A DNA stretch of 36,304 nt from Basidioascus undulatus (Eukaryota), in contig JTLS01000101.1 in the NCBI GenBank assembly GCA_000826855.1, positions 1 to 36,304 of the forward strand, written 5' to 3'. A program made the position numbers and the translations under genes. This document shows positions 15,243 through 27,524 of this stretch, piece after piece. The number at the start of each line of letters is the position of its first letter. Position 1 is the stretch's first letter. The notes under the pieces were generated by a model. It made no database searches. It worked only from the letters and a program-made list of their open reading frames with translations, and was not told the DNA's origin.

Positions 15243-16501
15243 ATCATTCAGACCGTGTTCGCCTGGGAACAGCTTCGCCTTGCGTGTCCACTTCCCTTTT
15301 GCAGTTGCTGACTCGGGCGGAGCACGATTTTCCGACTGAGCTTGAGTGACTCGGGGCCGTCGAATCGTATCTTTCAGAGAGGTTGGATCCGTGTTAGTCT
15401 ATCCGTATTTTTCGGCGTAGTCCTCGTAGTCGTGACTCAAACCTGACCCTGCAGTTTGGTTTGAGGTCTCCACTGTCAGCGCCGAGCCTCGCACACACTT
15501 CTGAGCATCAAGCATAACAGCTCCGTAGAAGAGTGGTTAAAAAGAAGATATACTAACACGCGTTGACGACATATCAATTCGTGCAAGCTGGGCGTGCTGA
15601 ATTGGGGTGGGAAGCGCATGCTCAGCGTTTGTGTGCGCAGCGCAGCGCGCTGAGGTTGTCGTGAATCGAAACACATGGCTTCACTGGGGCTAGGTATCCA
15701 AGCAATTTAATGATTTTTTTTGCGGTACAGGCTGAGCAGTCAAGGATAGGTCGAATCCAGAGAGGGTCTCTCCGTTATCTTAAGGGACCTTTATCGAGAA
15801 AGTAAGTGAAGTGCGCTTGGTCTGGGGCAGCAGTGTCCGCTCGGCCCGCTCCGGCCGCTCCTTCACCGCACAGTTTCTCTTTGCTCTCATCGCTGGCCAC
15901 GATCTCGCTACCTACGTCGTGTAAGCCTGTGCATATACCCTGCCGATTCAGCAAACGGCGACGACTACGTGTGATTGTGTCCACTTCAGTGCGTCAACTC
16001 GCCAGTCCTCTCCTCCTGACACGTTTTTGACTCTTTCAGCCGATCAGCCAAAGATCAGCTGTACCCTTTTCAACATCTCTACCCGCTCTCCCTGCGGACT
16101 ACCTTACGACCGTTACACGAGCGCCCGCGTGGGGCGGTCCCTCGCTTCTAGAAGGCCACATCCGTGAAGCGCAGCGCAACATCACGCTCTTGGAAGACAC
16201 GCTCTCCAGCAGCTCGTCGAAAGGCGCCGTCGGCTGGCTCCCCCCACGCCTAACTAGCTCGATCTTGTCAGTCGATGTATTCAGGACAACGCATGAACAT
16301 GTGTCGACTGAACTCATGACTTGCTCGGCGGCTAGCCCTCATTAACGTCAGAACCCCCCATTCAACTCGACTCACACACCATCCTGCGCAACTCGTAACC
16401 AATCGATTGGCATCAGAACCAACAAGAAAGACCAAAACTCTAGCTTATTTCACAAGTCAACGAAACAGAAAGAACATTACAAGACCGCAACCGCAAGGGA
16501 C

Positions 16502-19451
16502 CTAGTTCCCGAGCGCGGAAAGGACCGGGGAGACGACCTCGCCACCCTTCTTCTTGTAGAAGTCGATGACCTTCTCGGCGCCCTCGGCAATGCCTGTCAA
16601 GGGAACGGGAGCGAATCGAAATGAGACTAACTCTTGGAGTATGAGAGAATATGACGCAGTGAAGACATACCGGCGGGGGTGATCTTGAATTTCGCGTAGA
16701 CCTCCTGGTAGGGGCCAGACGCGCCGAAGGTGTTGATGCCGTAGTGCTCGTGGCTCCACTTGGACCAACCAATGGTGCTGAAGAATCACATTATTAGCCA
16801 ATCACGAGGTGGAGACGCTTGCCAGACGCAAAAAAAGGACGAACCTGTAAGCCTCAACCGACATGATCGGCGCGCCGTGGGGGAGGACGGAGAGCTTGTA
16901 GTCGAACGACTGAGTGTCGAAAGCCTGTCCAAACACGAGGAAAAGCGTGAGCAAAGTACAGAATGGACAGCAGAAAATCGCGGGATATCGAGACGGTACG
17001 CACCTCCCAGCAAGGCAGGGACGCAACGCGGACCTTGCGGCCCTTCTCGGTCAGGACCTTGGCAGCCTCGAGCGCGATCGCCACCTCCGAGCCGGTGGAG
17101 ACGATTGTGATGTCGGCCTGGTCGGCTTCCGCGACAAGGTAACCGCCCTTCGCAGCCTTCTCGATGGTGGAGAGCTCGAGCTGGGGCAGGTTCTGGCGCG
17201 AAAGGCAGAGAACCGAGGGGGTGTGAGTCGACTGGAGTGCGACGAGGTAGGCGGCAGAGGTCTCGTTGCCGTCCGCCGGGCGCCAGACAGCCTGGAAGGA
17301 ACCGACCGGTCAGTACCACGGAACGGCAACGTTTATCTCTGAAGGTACGCACGAGGTTGGGGATGGCACGGAGGTGGGCAACAGTCTCAATGGGCTGGTG
17401 AGTAGGGCCGTCCTCACCGAGACCAATACTGCAGATGATCATCACCATGTCAGACATTGAGCATGCGTAATTCAAAGCGAGGATATACGCACGAGTCGTG
17501 GGTAGCGACCCAGAGGACGCGGTGGTGCGAGAGGGCGGAGAGACGGACGGAGCCAGCGGCGTAAGAGACGAAGTTGAGGAAAGTGCCGCCGAAGGGGATG
17601 ATACCGCCGTAGGCGTCGAGACCATTCATGATGCTACAGGACGCGAAAAGTCAGATATCTGGGGCAGCTATGGAGATGGTGAAGCACTCACGCGCCCATG
17701 CCGTGCTCGCGGACACCGTAGCGGATGTAGCGGCCAGAGTAGTCGCCCGGCGCCTCAATCTCGGGGGGCTGGAAGTCGACGGCGGTCTTCCAGCGAGTGA
17801 GGTTGGAGCCGGTAAGGTCGGCAGAACCGCCAACGAGCTAGAACGGGACCCCCAAGATCAGACGACGCGCAGCACGAGAAGAGCAACGGGAAGCGCACCT
17901 CAGGAAGGATGTCGGCGAGAGCGGAGATGACGGTCTCGGAGAGCTTGCGGGACGCGACGGCGCCGTCGGTGGGCTTGTAGACGGGGAGAGCCTTCTCCCA
18001 GCCCTGAGGAAGCTCCTTGCCGAAGCGGCGCTTGATCTCGGACGCCTCCTTCGGGAACTTCTTCTCGTAATCAGCGAAGATCTGGAGAGGGGAAAGAGTA
18101 AAATCGTGAGATGCTGGAGAATCGAACGGGGGCATGCTAGGGACGACGGCACACCTTGCTCCACTCCTCCTGGGCCTTGGCGCCCTTCTGCGCGATCTCG
18201 GCGTAGTACTGCTTGACCTTCTCCGGGACGACGAAGGTCTCGTCGGGGTTGAAGCCGAAGCGCTGCTTGAGCTGCTTGATGTCGTCGGCCTTGAGGGGCG
18301 AGCCGTGGACGCCGTGGGTGCCCTGCTGGGTCGAGCCATAGCCGATGATCGTCTTGAGGTTGATGATGGTCGGGCGCGACTTGTCCTCCTGCGCCTTAAC
18401 GATCGCGTCGTACATCGCCTGAATGTCGGTGTCGCCCTTCTCGACGTGGAGGACCTGCCAGCCGTACGCCTCGAAGCGCTTCTCGACGTCCTCGGTGAAC
18501 GAGACGTTGGTGTTGCCGTCAATGGTGATCTTGTTGTCGTCGTAGATGGCGATGAGGTTGCCGAGCTTCAGGTGGCTGTGTGTGATGTATCAGAATCCGC
18601 AACTATGACCCAAATGGAGGGCGATTGGATCAGACGTACCCGGCGAGCGAAGCAGCCTCGGACGCGACACCCTCCTGGAGACAACCGTCACCGGTGAACA
18701 TCCAGGTGTAGTTCTCGATGACGTTCAGGCCGTCCTTGTTAAAGGTCGCGGCGTGGTGGCGCTCGGCGATCGCGAGACCGACGGCGTTGGCGAAGCCCTG
18801 GCCGAGCGGGCCGGTTGTGACTTCGACGCCGTCCGTGACGCCGACCTCGGGGTGACCGGGGGTGCGCGAGTCGACCTGACGGAAGGCCTTGAGGTCGTCC
18901 ATCGTGAGGTCGTAGCCGAGGAGCTGATCGGTGCTCAAATGTCCACGTTAGAACTGGGCCGAGCGCTGTAGAAGGAATGGGATTGCGAAGGCGCACGTGG
19001 AGCATGATGTACTGAAGAGCGCAAGCGTGGCCGTTGGAGAGGACGAAACGGTCACGGCTGATCCACTTGGAGTCCTTGGGGTTCGCCTTGAGGAAGCTGT
19101 TCCATCATTCACAGCGAGATGAGTAACTCGAACCGCCAGAGTCCTCATCCACCATTCGAACCGAGACTTACCGAGACCACAGGAGGTGAGCGATCGGCGC
19201 CAGGCCCATGCTGAACGATTGAATCCCTCGTCAGCACAACAACGGATTCTCAAACCAGACGCTGGCATCAGCGTACGGAGCACCGGGGTGACCGGAGTTG
19301 GACTGTCCGTCCGCAAGCCCTGCATCAGCCTCCTGTTTCGCCGTCTGCCCACCGTCCAAGGGTATGAGCGCACCTTGGCGACAATGTCCGCCGCAAGCGT
19401 GCGGATGGTCGCAATCGCGAGCTCGTCGTTCTCGTTGGGCGTGAAAGGCAT
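16502..19451 (-). CDS. TKL1: Transketolase, multi-exon
   Basis: Motifs [47 protein letters not shown]-binding [31 protein letters not shown]. Start MPFTPNEND at 19451, TAG at 16502-16504; strongly GC3-biased codons. Confidence 0.98.
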
Positions 19452-19458
19452 CGTGGAT

Positions 19459-19527
19459 CTGCTCGAGCGGACCCACGCTACGTCAGCTCAAGCTTGCCTC
19501 CTATCGCGTTCCCAGCTCATGACCTAC
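19459..19527 (-). other. 5'-UTR intron of transketolase
   Basis: On the minus strand GTAGGT...GCTGAC...GAGCAG (69 nt), ending 7 nt before the ATG. Confidence 0.7.
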
Positions 19528-21367
19528 AGCGTTCGGAGTACTGGGGGTGGGGGAGAGAGCCTGTCTGGGGAAAGAGGAATGCGCAGATGCGACTTTTTAT
19601 ACGCAGGAAAGAAAGAGATGCGAGGAGGAAGCGGAGAGGGAGGCGGGCGGAGTGAAGGCGAGAAGGCAAGGATGGCAGGCAGGAGCGTGGCCGGTTGCTC
19701 AGCGAAAACGCTGGGGGGCGCAGTTGCCGCCGTTTCTTGCTGAGTTCACATTCGGGCAAATCCCCCGACCGACCTCGCACGTTCTAAGCGCACTCTGCCT
19801 CTCTTTCAGGCTTTGATTTATCCCATGCAATCTGCTCTGCCATTACATGGTACGTCGTTCAGGCCTTCAAGATTGTCCAGCGCGGTACGATTAGCGCGAA
19901 GGAGATGCAGAGTGCCAGTCAAGAACTCTGGCTATCGATGACGTCCCTCCACAACCCCGCTGCTTCCCCGCGAGGCTGTTTTTTGAGGGATCTGCTCGAA
20001 ATCAGAGCTCTATATCCACCGAACAATCTCGCACTTTCACTTTCTCGTCTATTACACTGCGAGTGGTGAGGATGCAGCTGAAAGCCCACCGTCACTGGTG
20101 GGCCTGCCGGAAAGGCCGGCCCGATTGACAAGTGGACGACAGGCGGGGAATCGGAGACTGCGCCTCCAGTTACCCAACGTTGCCTTGCATTGTCTGAAGG
20201 ACCGGGGTTCAGAAGATAATCATTATGCAGACTACTACTAGAACAAGAAACTCATTCCGACACAGCTCATGTACTGAAAGCCGGCAAGCAGCAATAGATA
20301 CGGCACGCACGTTGATCCCGGACCGGGCATTGCACCTCGGTTCTGAAAACTTGCTCCGCTCAATAGATCCATATAAATCCCACCCAAGCATGATGTCCAA
20401 GTGGAATCACCATCATTATATGAAGCACCCCCGATTAGGCTCCCGACAGCCGATTCCAATATAGGCTTATTTCCCAGTGTTGAGCTCAGCCCCGTCCATT
20501 CCCCCTGCAGAGTTCTGAGATATGTGTTTGCAGTCCATGAATCGAGTCACTATGACCTTTGGAATCGATTCATGTGGGACGCACGCTATAGTGTGGCAGT
20601 CGAAAAACAACGGAAGGCCGGGAGCTTTGGGGACGTCGCCGACATCCCATCCGGCACCGCTGCTAATTGACCAAGATGTATGACGAACACGGCCTTCTTA
20701 TCTGAGAAACGTCCCTTAGTTTTGGTCAGTATTGCGAATGGACTGTCTGAGCAGTTCAGAGATCAGTAGTGAGCGACAGCAGAGATCAGCAGCAACCATG
20801 TCGTCCTCGGCGACAGCGTGCAGACTTACTGAACGTTCGCTGACGGGCTGCTGTTCCGGTTGGCCGCCTCATTACTAACGACATCATCAAGATAACTTTC
20901 CTTCGGCGTTGCTAGACCTGGAATGGTGGTCGCCGTGAAAACGACAGAGGCAGTGAGGGCAATGGGCGGGGTGGGCGATATGTATGACGTCGGTCGAGGA
21001 AGGGCAGCTCGAGCGATGGTGAATGAAAACGACTGCACGAAAGACGTTGTGAACATACACCATGAGCTTCCACATCCAAAAAGTAAAGTACATTTTCAGG
21101 CACAATCAACAGGCATCCGGGACTCGAGTGGTGAGGGACGTTGATGGCAAAAGAACGAGATCGAGGCCGGCGCGGCGCGTGAGTCCGGACCTGCGCGCCG
21201 AAATCCCACGCCTCCTCCCCAAGGAAATGAGTTCATCAGCTCCGCTGGCCCCGCCGTCAGCAAGAAGGCGGGCGTCTCTCGCCCGTCGCCCTCTGCTCTT
21301 GACTTCATCACCTCCAGCGCCCTCCTGCCCCTGACCACAACCACACTCGCCACACTTCTATCACAAA

Positions 21368-21442
21368 GTTCGTACTGGGCGTTCAACTCTTGTACGCATG
21401 GGGACCACGCTGACTTGGACCAGCGGTTGCTTGCGCTCCCAG
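21368..21442 (+). other. 5'-UTR intron of transaldolase
   Basis: GTTCGT...GCTGAC...CTCCCAG (75 nt), ending 1 nt before the ATG; splicing creates the context CACAAAA-ATG. Confidence 0.7.
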
Positions 21443-21443
21443 A

Positions 21444-23010
21444 ATGCCTTCCTCGCTCGACTACCTCAAGCAGACCGGCACCGTCGTCGTCGCCGACTCT
21501 GGTGACTTCTCGAGTGCGTCTTCTGCCTTCTTGGGAGTCTGGCGTATCGCAGCACATGCTGATTGGCCATCCGCCTTGTTCGCCTTTTCTCCTTCGCCAC
21601 ACCGCTTTTCTTGTCTCCGTCCACGTCTTCCCCTGCGCCCGTCGATCACCCTCAGCCATCGACGCCTACAAGCCCCAGGACGCCACCACCAACCCTTCGT
21701 AAGCCCACTACAATCTTATACTCGTGCATGCGTCTCATAACTTGCCTATCTTATCTTCAGCCTGATCCTCGCCGCGACTAAGAAGGAATCCTACGCGCGC
21801 CTCATTGACGTCGCGATCAAGTACGCCAAGGAGAAGGGCGGGTGAGTTTCGTTGCCATTTTGGACATTAAAGCCCGCATTCCCGGGGAGCACTGGATCTC
21901 ACGGAGCTGGCCCGCCTACCAGTGACATCGACGCCCAGGTCGAGGCCGCGCTCGACCGTCTTCTTGTCGAGTTTGGCAAGGAGATCCTCGCCATCATCCC
22001 CGGCCGCGTCTCCACCGAGGTCGACGCTGCGCTTTCCTTCGACACTGAGGGCACCAAGAAGAAGGTGCGCCCTTTTTACCCTCGTTGCTCTGCTGCCGCT
22101 CGAAAGCGTTGGCTGACGTACTTGACGTCATCTTCTTCCTCAGGCCCGGGAGCTCATCGCGCTCTACGACTCTATTGGAATCAAGAAGGAGCGCATCCTA
22201 ATCAAGATCGCGTCCACCTGGGAGGGCATCCAGGCCGCGCGCGAGCTCGAGAAGGAGGGCATCCACTGCAACTTGACCCTCCTCTTCGGCTTCGGCCAAG
22301 CCGTCGCGTGCGCTGAGGCCGGCGTCACCCTCATCTCTCCCTTCGTCGGCCGCATCCTCGACTGGTACAAGGCGAAGAACCCCAACGAGGACTACGAGGG
22401 CGAGAAGGACCCGGGTTCGTGGATTGCCGCTCGCAGCTTCCGTTGACTCAGTCCGCTGAAGTTCGCCCGCATCTCTTCGTCCCGAATAACAGGTGTCCAG
22501 TCCGTCCAGAAGATCTTCAACTACTACAAGCAGCACGGCTACCCCACCATCGTCATGGGCGCGTCGTTCCGCAACATCGGCGAGATCAAGGCGCTCGCGG
22601 GCGTCGACTTCCTCACCATCGCCCCCGCCCTCCTCGAGAAGCTCGCCGCGTCCGAGGAGCCCGTCCCCAAGAAGCTCGACGCGGAGGCCGCCAAGAAGTC
22701 CACCTCCAAGTTCGACAAGGTCTCGTTCGTCGACGACGAGCCCAAGTTCCGCTGGGAGCTCCTCCAGGACGAGATGGCGTTCGACAAGGTGCGCCTTGGC
22801 CGCTTCTCTGCACGTTCTGGAGGACTTTGCACTGACATTTGTGAACTCGGCTACCTTCAGCTCCACGAGGGCATCCGCAAGTTCGCGGCTGACGCCGTCA
22901 CTCTCCGTGGCACGCTCAAGCAGAAGGTTCGTTGCCTTGTGTCTCAGTTCACTCCCTCGCAGGACATTGAGCTAATGCACCGTCGTCTCCGTCAACAGCT
23001 GCAGGCTTAA
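21444..23010 (+). CDS. TAL1: Transaldolase, multi-exon
   Basis: Motifs [33 protein letters not shown], catalytic-lysine region [59 protein letters not shown] at 23008-23010. Confidence 0.98.
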
Positions 23011-23550
23011 GCGTACCCCGCATTCCCTTTTCCTGCGCATGGGCAACCTTCTTAATTCCGCTTCTTCCTTTAACTTTTCTTGCGACCGAGTAGACAATGA
23101 ATGAATTGCGAAACCAATCTTCTATGTAATGCTTTCTTGCCTTCAGCAAAGCTCGCTTTCCGTAATTGAAAAGTGAGATGCGACATATACACGGAGAAAA
23201 TAAAGTAGAGATGTGGTGTCCTTGTCTGTCGGTGTTGATGTGCTGGGTGCGGCGATGGACAAAGAGGAGCGTGCCATCGAATCCGTCGGTGAAGTGGATG
23301 CCGAGGATGAATTGATGATAATATTTTGGACTGGGGATGTTATGTCCATGCTGTGTTCCAAGCTGCTCTGCAGGCTGAGCATGACATCCGGACGGGGTAA
23401 CAACTTGTTCTAGATCACGTCCAGGCACGCAGACGCGACGTCGGGATTTATTCGTGTTTTGCTACGCCTGATGTCGTCGCGTCTGCTCGCAGACCTTCTT
23501 TCGACCACCATCAACTCGTTCTCATCCTCCCATTCCGTACTCACCCAGGC

Positions 23551-26429
23551 ATGCGAGCTCCCAGCGCCTGCTCCATCGCCCCTCGGGCGCCTCTCACGCA
23601 CCTTCGTCGCCGCGTCGTCCTGTGCAGCGTTTTCATCTTCGTCTCGTGCGCGGTGGGGCTTCGCTTCTTCCTCGAATCTGAACTCCATCCGGATTGCGAG
23701 TTCAGCTTTCCTTCCGGTGCGTTCCCGCCAGGGCCCGATCACCTAGACTATCGCCCCGACGGGCGAGTGCCGATCCCGCGGAGCGAAGGCGCTCAACATC
23801 CGATCTATGCGCTCGTTGAGCGCGGCGAGAAGCAATGGCAGGAGCTGCTGAACGCGTAGAGCCGGACTCTGCGGGATGCGGTGCTCGAGCACCAGAGAAG
23901 GTATCGTCGGAAGCCGCCTGCAGGGTTCGAGAAATGGTGCGCCGCGAGTTTGCTATGCCTGACCGCAGTTGCAGCTTTCTTACGCTTTGACAGGTGGGCT
24001 TTCGCAAAGCGCAACCGCGTCGTTATGGTCGAAGAATACGACGCGACCGTACGCGATACCGATCTGTACTTGGCGGTCGAGCCGGAGAAGATTACGAGGA
24101 GAATACGCGAGGTCCAAGATATGGCGGAAACGTTTACGCTCGAGGTCAAGGGCGGCCGAGTTCGCCGCACAGTGGGTTGGCTAATGTTATTCAAAATGCG
24201 GGAGTCATTTCTTAATGCCAGTTCAACAGATCGAGAAGGCTGAGGAAGATGGAAAGGCACCAACGCGCGAGCCAAAGACCAGGAGAAACTGCTCCGCACC
24301 GTTGCGAAGTTGTTGCCAGATATGAGGTCAGTATCTGCTCTGTTCCACTTCCACTTTGTATTTAAACGTTACATTCACCATACACGGTCAGCCGATGGTC
24401 GCGCTATCGTGGTAAGTGGGGTAGTGCAAGCGACTTGCGCTGCCAGCTCTGAGCTGATTGCAAGGCTGCTTCGCAGCCCAGGTCACGTAAGGTTGCGCTG
24501 CAAGAGGCCATACGTTAGGACAGAAGTTAGTGTTCTTAACGTAGTGAATTGCGAATGCGGGTAGGCTTGAACTAATCCGAACTATTGCTGCAGCGGTCGA
24601 CCTCGCAACTGGCCTGACTACTGCCCGCTCGGGTCGGCTATTCGCGACGCAACCGTGGGTATTATTCGAAAAAGTCAGTTATAATCTTTACTCGTACGTA
24701 GTGTACATCCCGAACTGAACAATCTCCGTCATTGCAGCCAGACCCGGTCTAATCTACTCGCATCGCCAGGCTATGTCGCCATGCTCGAATCCCACTCTTC
24801 TGCGTCAACATGGGCTGTACGTCTCAATAACCAAGGTTCTCTGACATTTAAAGGCTTCGATAGTCAAAAAAGCCCTGCACACGCCGCACAGATTTCTTGA
24901 ACCCCGGAACGAGTCGAGTCATCCCCGACCGCATAGCAAGCTTTTGCCGCTCTTCTCGTTCGCGTCAACCGAACTTCACTCCGACCTTGTAGCCGCTCCG
25001 TTGGAGCAGTTCTGGTCCAGACCAGGGAGTGAGTGTGCTTTCCGGCCTTCTTTCGCGAGCTGCAGTCTCACGCCCGGGTTGGGTTTCCACAGGGGATCCC
25101 AAATGGGAAGATAAGACCGAGGAGACGGCTGTTTGGGTATGCACCATTTCACTTTGGAAATAACGACTACGGTTTTTCCAGATATACAACTGCTGACCAA
25201 GTGTGTGCCGTTCAAAGGGTGGATCTACGACAGGTGTCCTTTTTGCGCCGCATGTGAATCGGTCATCGTCGCAGCGCGCAGCGCGCCCTCCTCGTTTCGC
25301 TGTCTTCATCCAACTCTTCCGTCCCACGGCCGCTCCTCACTGTCTCTCACGCCGGGGTCCCGGAGCTCCTGGAGTCGTACGAAGAGCGGGATCTTGCGCG
25401 GTGGTACCTCGACGCGAAGTTTGTGGGGCAGCCGGCGCAGTGTGAGGGGAGTGTGTGCGGACGAGGTACGCTGGAGGACAAGTGAGCAGAGACGTAACCT
25501 TTCTACAAAACTGAACCTGGGTTGGGAATAATGTCCTCGGCGAGAAGTGGGTTTTCCAGCGATGGCGGAAGGTGAAGCACCACAACAAGCACAAATACCT
25601 GCTTGACACAGACAGTTCGTTTCCTCCGCAAGTTTTCGCATAACTGTTGGCTTGTGGTTTAATGGATAACGGTGACCAGACAAACGGATGGAGTGGACGA
25701 TTCAAGCGGTAAGCGTCACGTTGTTTGTTACAACCAAGCGGCACATGTGATCCGTACTTGACGATCGGCTGGAGGGTGAACAGAATCATGTCCACGAACA
25801 GGTGGGTCGTTCCAAAGCCTTTGGCGTTTATCGAGAGGAAGCATTGAAACTTATCTATTCAAAACAGCCTCGACCTCAAAGCTGGCCTATTTCCTGAAGT
25901 GGTATAGCACGATGCTCATTCCGTGGTTTCACTACGTGCCCGTCTCGGTCTGTGACCACCCCGAACCATCTGTTCTTGATGATTCCCTGGAGGACCTCTT
26001 GCGAGTAAGGGCCGCAGCCCGACACTTACTCGTCTGTCGGAACAGCTGGACTGGCGGGAGGTGTTCGACATCCTAGCATCATGAGTCATGTCTTTTAGTG
26101 CGTTCGCCTTCTGAAGACCCCTCGTTGGTAATCCGGTGAATAGCTTTCAAGGGTCTCCTTCTGGTGCAGGCATCGGCCACGACGACCTTGCCCGTGCTAT
26201 GGCGCAGAACGGCAAATGCTGGAGCGCCCGTCACTTTCCGTTACGCTGACATTCATAGTTATATGCTTAGACGAGAGGATCATGACCTGTATGACCGTGT
26301 CGCAAAGAAACCTGACAAGGGTGCGTCTCGGATGTTAAATCGTACAGACTCTATTTGGAATATGCGAGAGTGACGAGCGCGGGAAGGGAGGAGATGGCGT
26401 ACGAGTATAATCCCAGAGGTGAAATGTGA
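23551..26429 (+). pseudogene. Glycosyltransferase family 90 (CAP10/Cxt1-like) pseudogene
   Basis: N-terminal membrane anchor, then HPIYALV...W...*SRTLRDAV..HQRRYRRKPPAGFEKWWAFA..EEYD, LPLFS...LHSD, DPKWEDK, GSTTG, HKYLLDTD-NGWSGRF, LKAGLFPE/WYS..IPWFHYVPV, RLYLEYAR. Lesions: in-frame TAG at 23857-23859 where Gln is expected, +1 frameshifts near 25899 and 26238, and apparently lost donors at 26081 (ATGAGT) and 26271 (ACGAGA). Confidence 0.85.
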
Positions 26430-27524
26430 TAGAACAGACTCAGACAGACCAGCTGGGCCGCCATGGCCACAAAATTCGACCACAGTATTTGGTGCAAGCC
26501 ACAGAATAGTGAACTTGCGCTGCTCCTAACCGTAGACGTAGACGTCGCAACGCTTTCAGGCCTGTATCTCGACTTCGCGCGCTTTTAGCCATCTTCTTTG
26601 GCTGTACATGAAAATTAAATATATAAATTTGCACATAAAGCTTTCAGGACCTGGATCGACATGGCGAATCACGAGAAAGGCGCAAAATATGTGGCTGAAA
26701 GGCCTGAAAACGTAGACGTAGATCAGCGACACGGTTACAACGTAAACGCAGTCGTGAACTACGCACTGACCAGCCACCTCTGCGTTTCACGTTCCAGCGC
26801 AAAGTGCCGACGGACTCGGGAGTGAACTGTTCTCCCGTAGTCGCACCTGGAAGAACCATGTACTCGCTCGCTGTCTGGGCAGATTCTGTCCGGCGACTGA
26901 GTATGACAAGAAGCGATTTCCGTAGTTTCTGTATCGTGCCGGCCGATGCACTGTGAATTTTGTCATGACGATTTGGAGCCTTCGCATGTAGGTCTTGTCA
27001 AACAGATTTCTCTGGCCGGGCTGGGTGTCCTCGGAGCCGCTGCAGCGGCGGAAATTATCGTATAGTAGTAAAATGACTGCAGCTGCCGAGTGGCGTGTTT
27101 CTGCTTCATCTTGTCTTGTCTTGCCTGAGCACTTCCAATAACGCTTGTTTCGACGGGCACACTTTTTACTACGAAATGGAAGAAGATGGGCGTTCTTGAT
27201 ACTCCTTCCTATTAGGAGCGCTGAAGCACAGTGCGGGTTCGCCTCAGTTCGCCGCATGTCTACTGACAGCAACTCCAATGCAACATGCGACGCAGCGCCG
27301 ATGCGGCCGTCGTCGGACAGCCCCCGCAAGAACCGCTCCGGGGCGTGTTCCCGCAAAGGAAACAACAACATCTTACATGTTCCTCCCGAGCATTCTCCGC
27401 TCTGCACGCCCTTCTCGGTTCCTGACATGATCCCCAGTTTGCCCCGCAATCCGCTCCTTTAAAGAGAAATTGCACGACGAATGATCTGCAGCCTCTCCCT
27501 CTCAAACAGTCTCCGCCCACACCA

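Larger units (their letters stand above)
19452..21443. promoter_or_regulatory. Divergent intergenic region shared by transketolase and transaldolase
   Basis: 1992 bp between the two start codons. Pyrimidine-rich tracts face each gene (about 19540-19680 on minus, about 21205-21365 on plus). No convincing intervening gene. Confidence 0.65.

Noticed and set aside
15775..16317. Short minus-strand ORFs between BCP1 and TKL1
   Set aside because: Could not be joined into a coherent spliced gene and no homology was recognised.
16786..22975. Long antisense or alternative-frame ORFs over TKL1 and TAL1 (for example 17755-18522, 22198-22866)
   Set aside because: Expected shadows of extreme GC3 codon bias; no independent motifs.
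26787..27449. 220-aa minus-strand ORF
   Set aside because: No recognisable motifs, codon usage unlike host genes, and no intron structure tying it to a gene.
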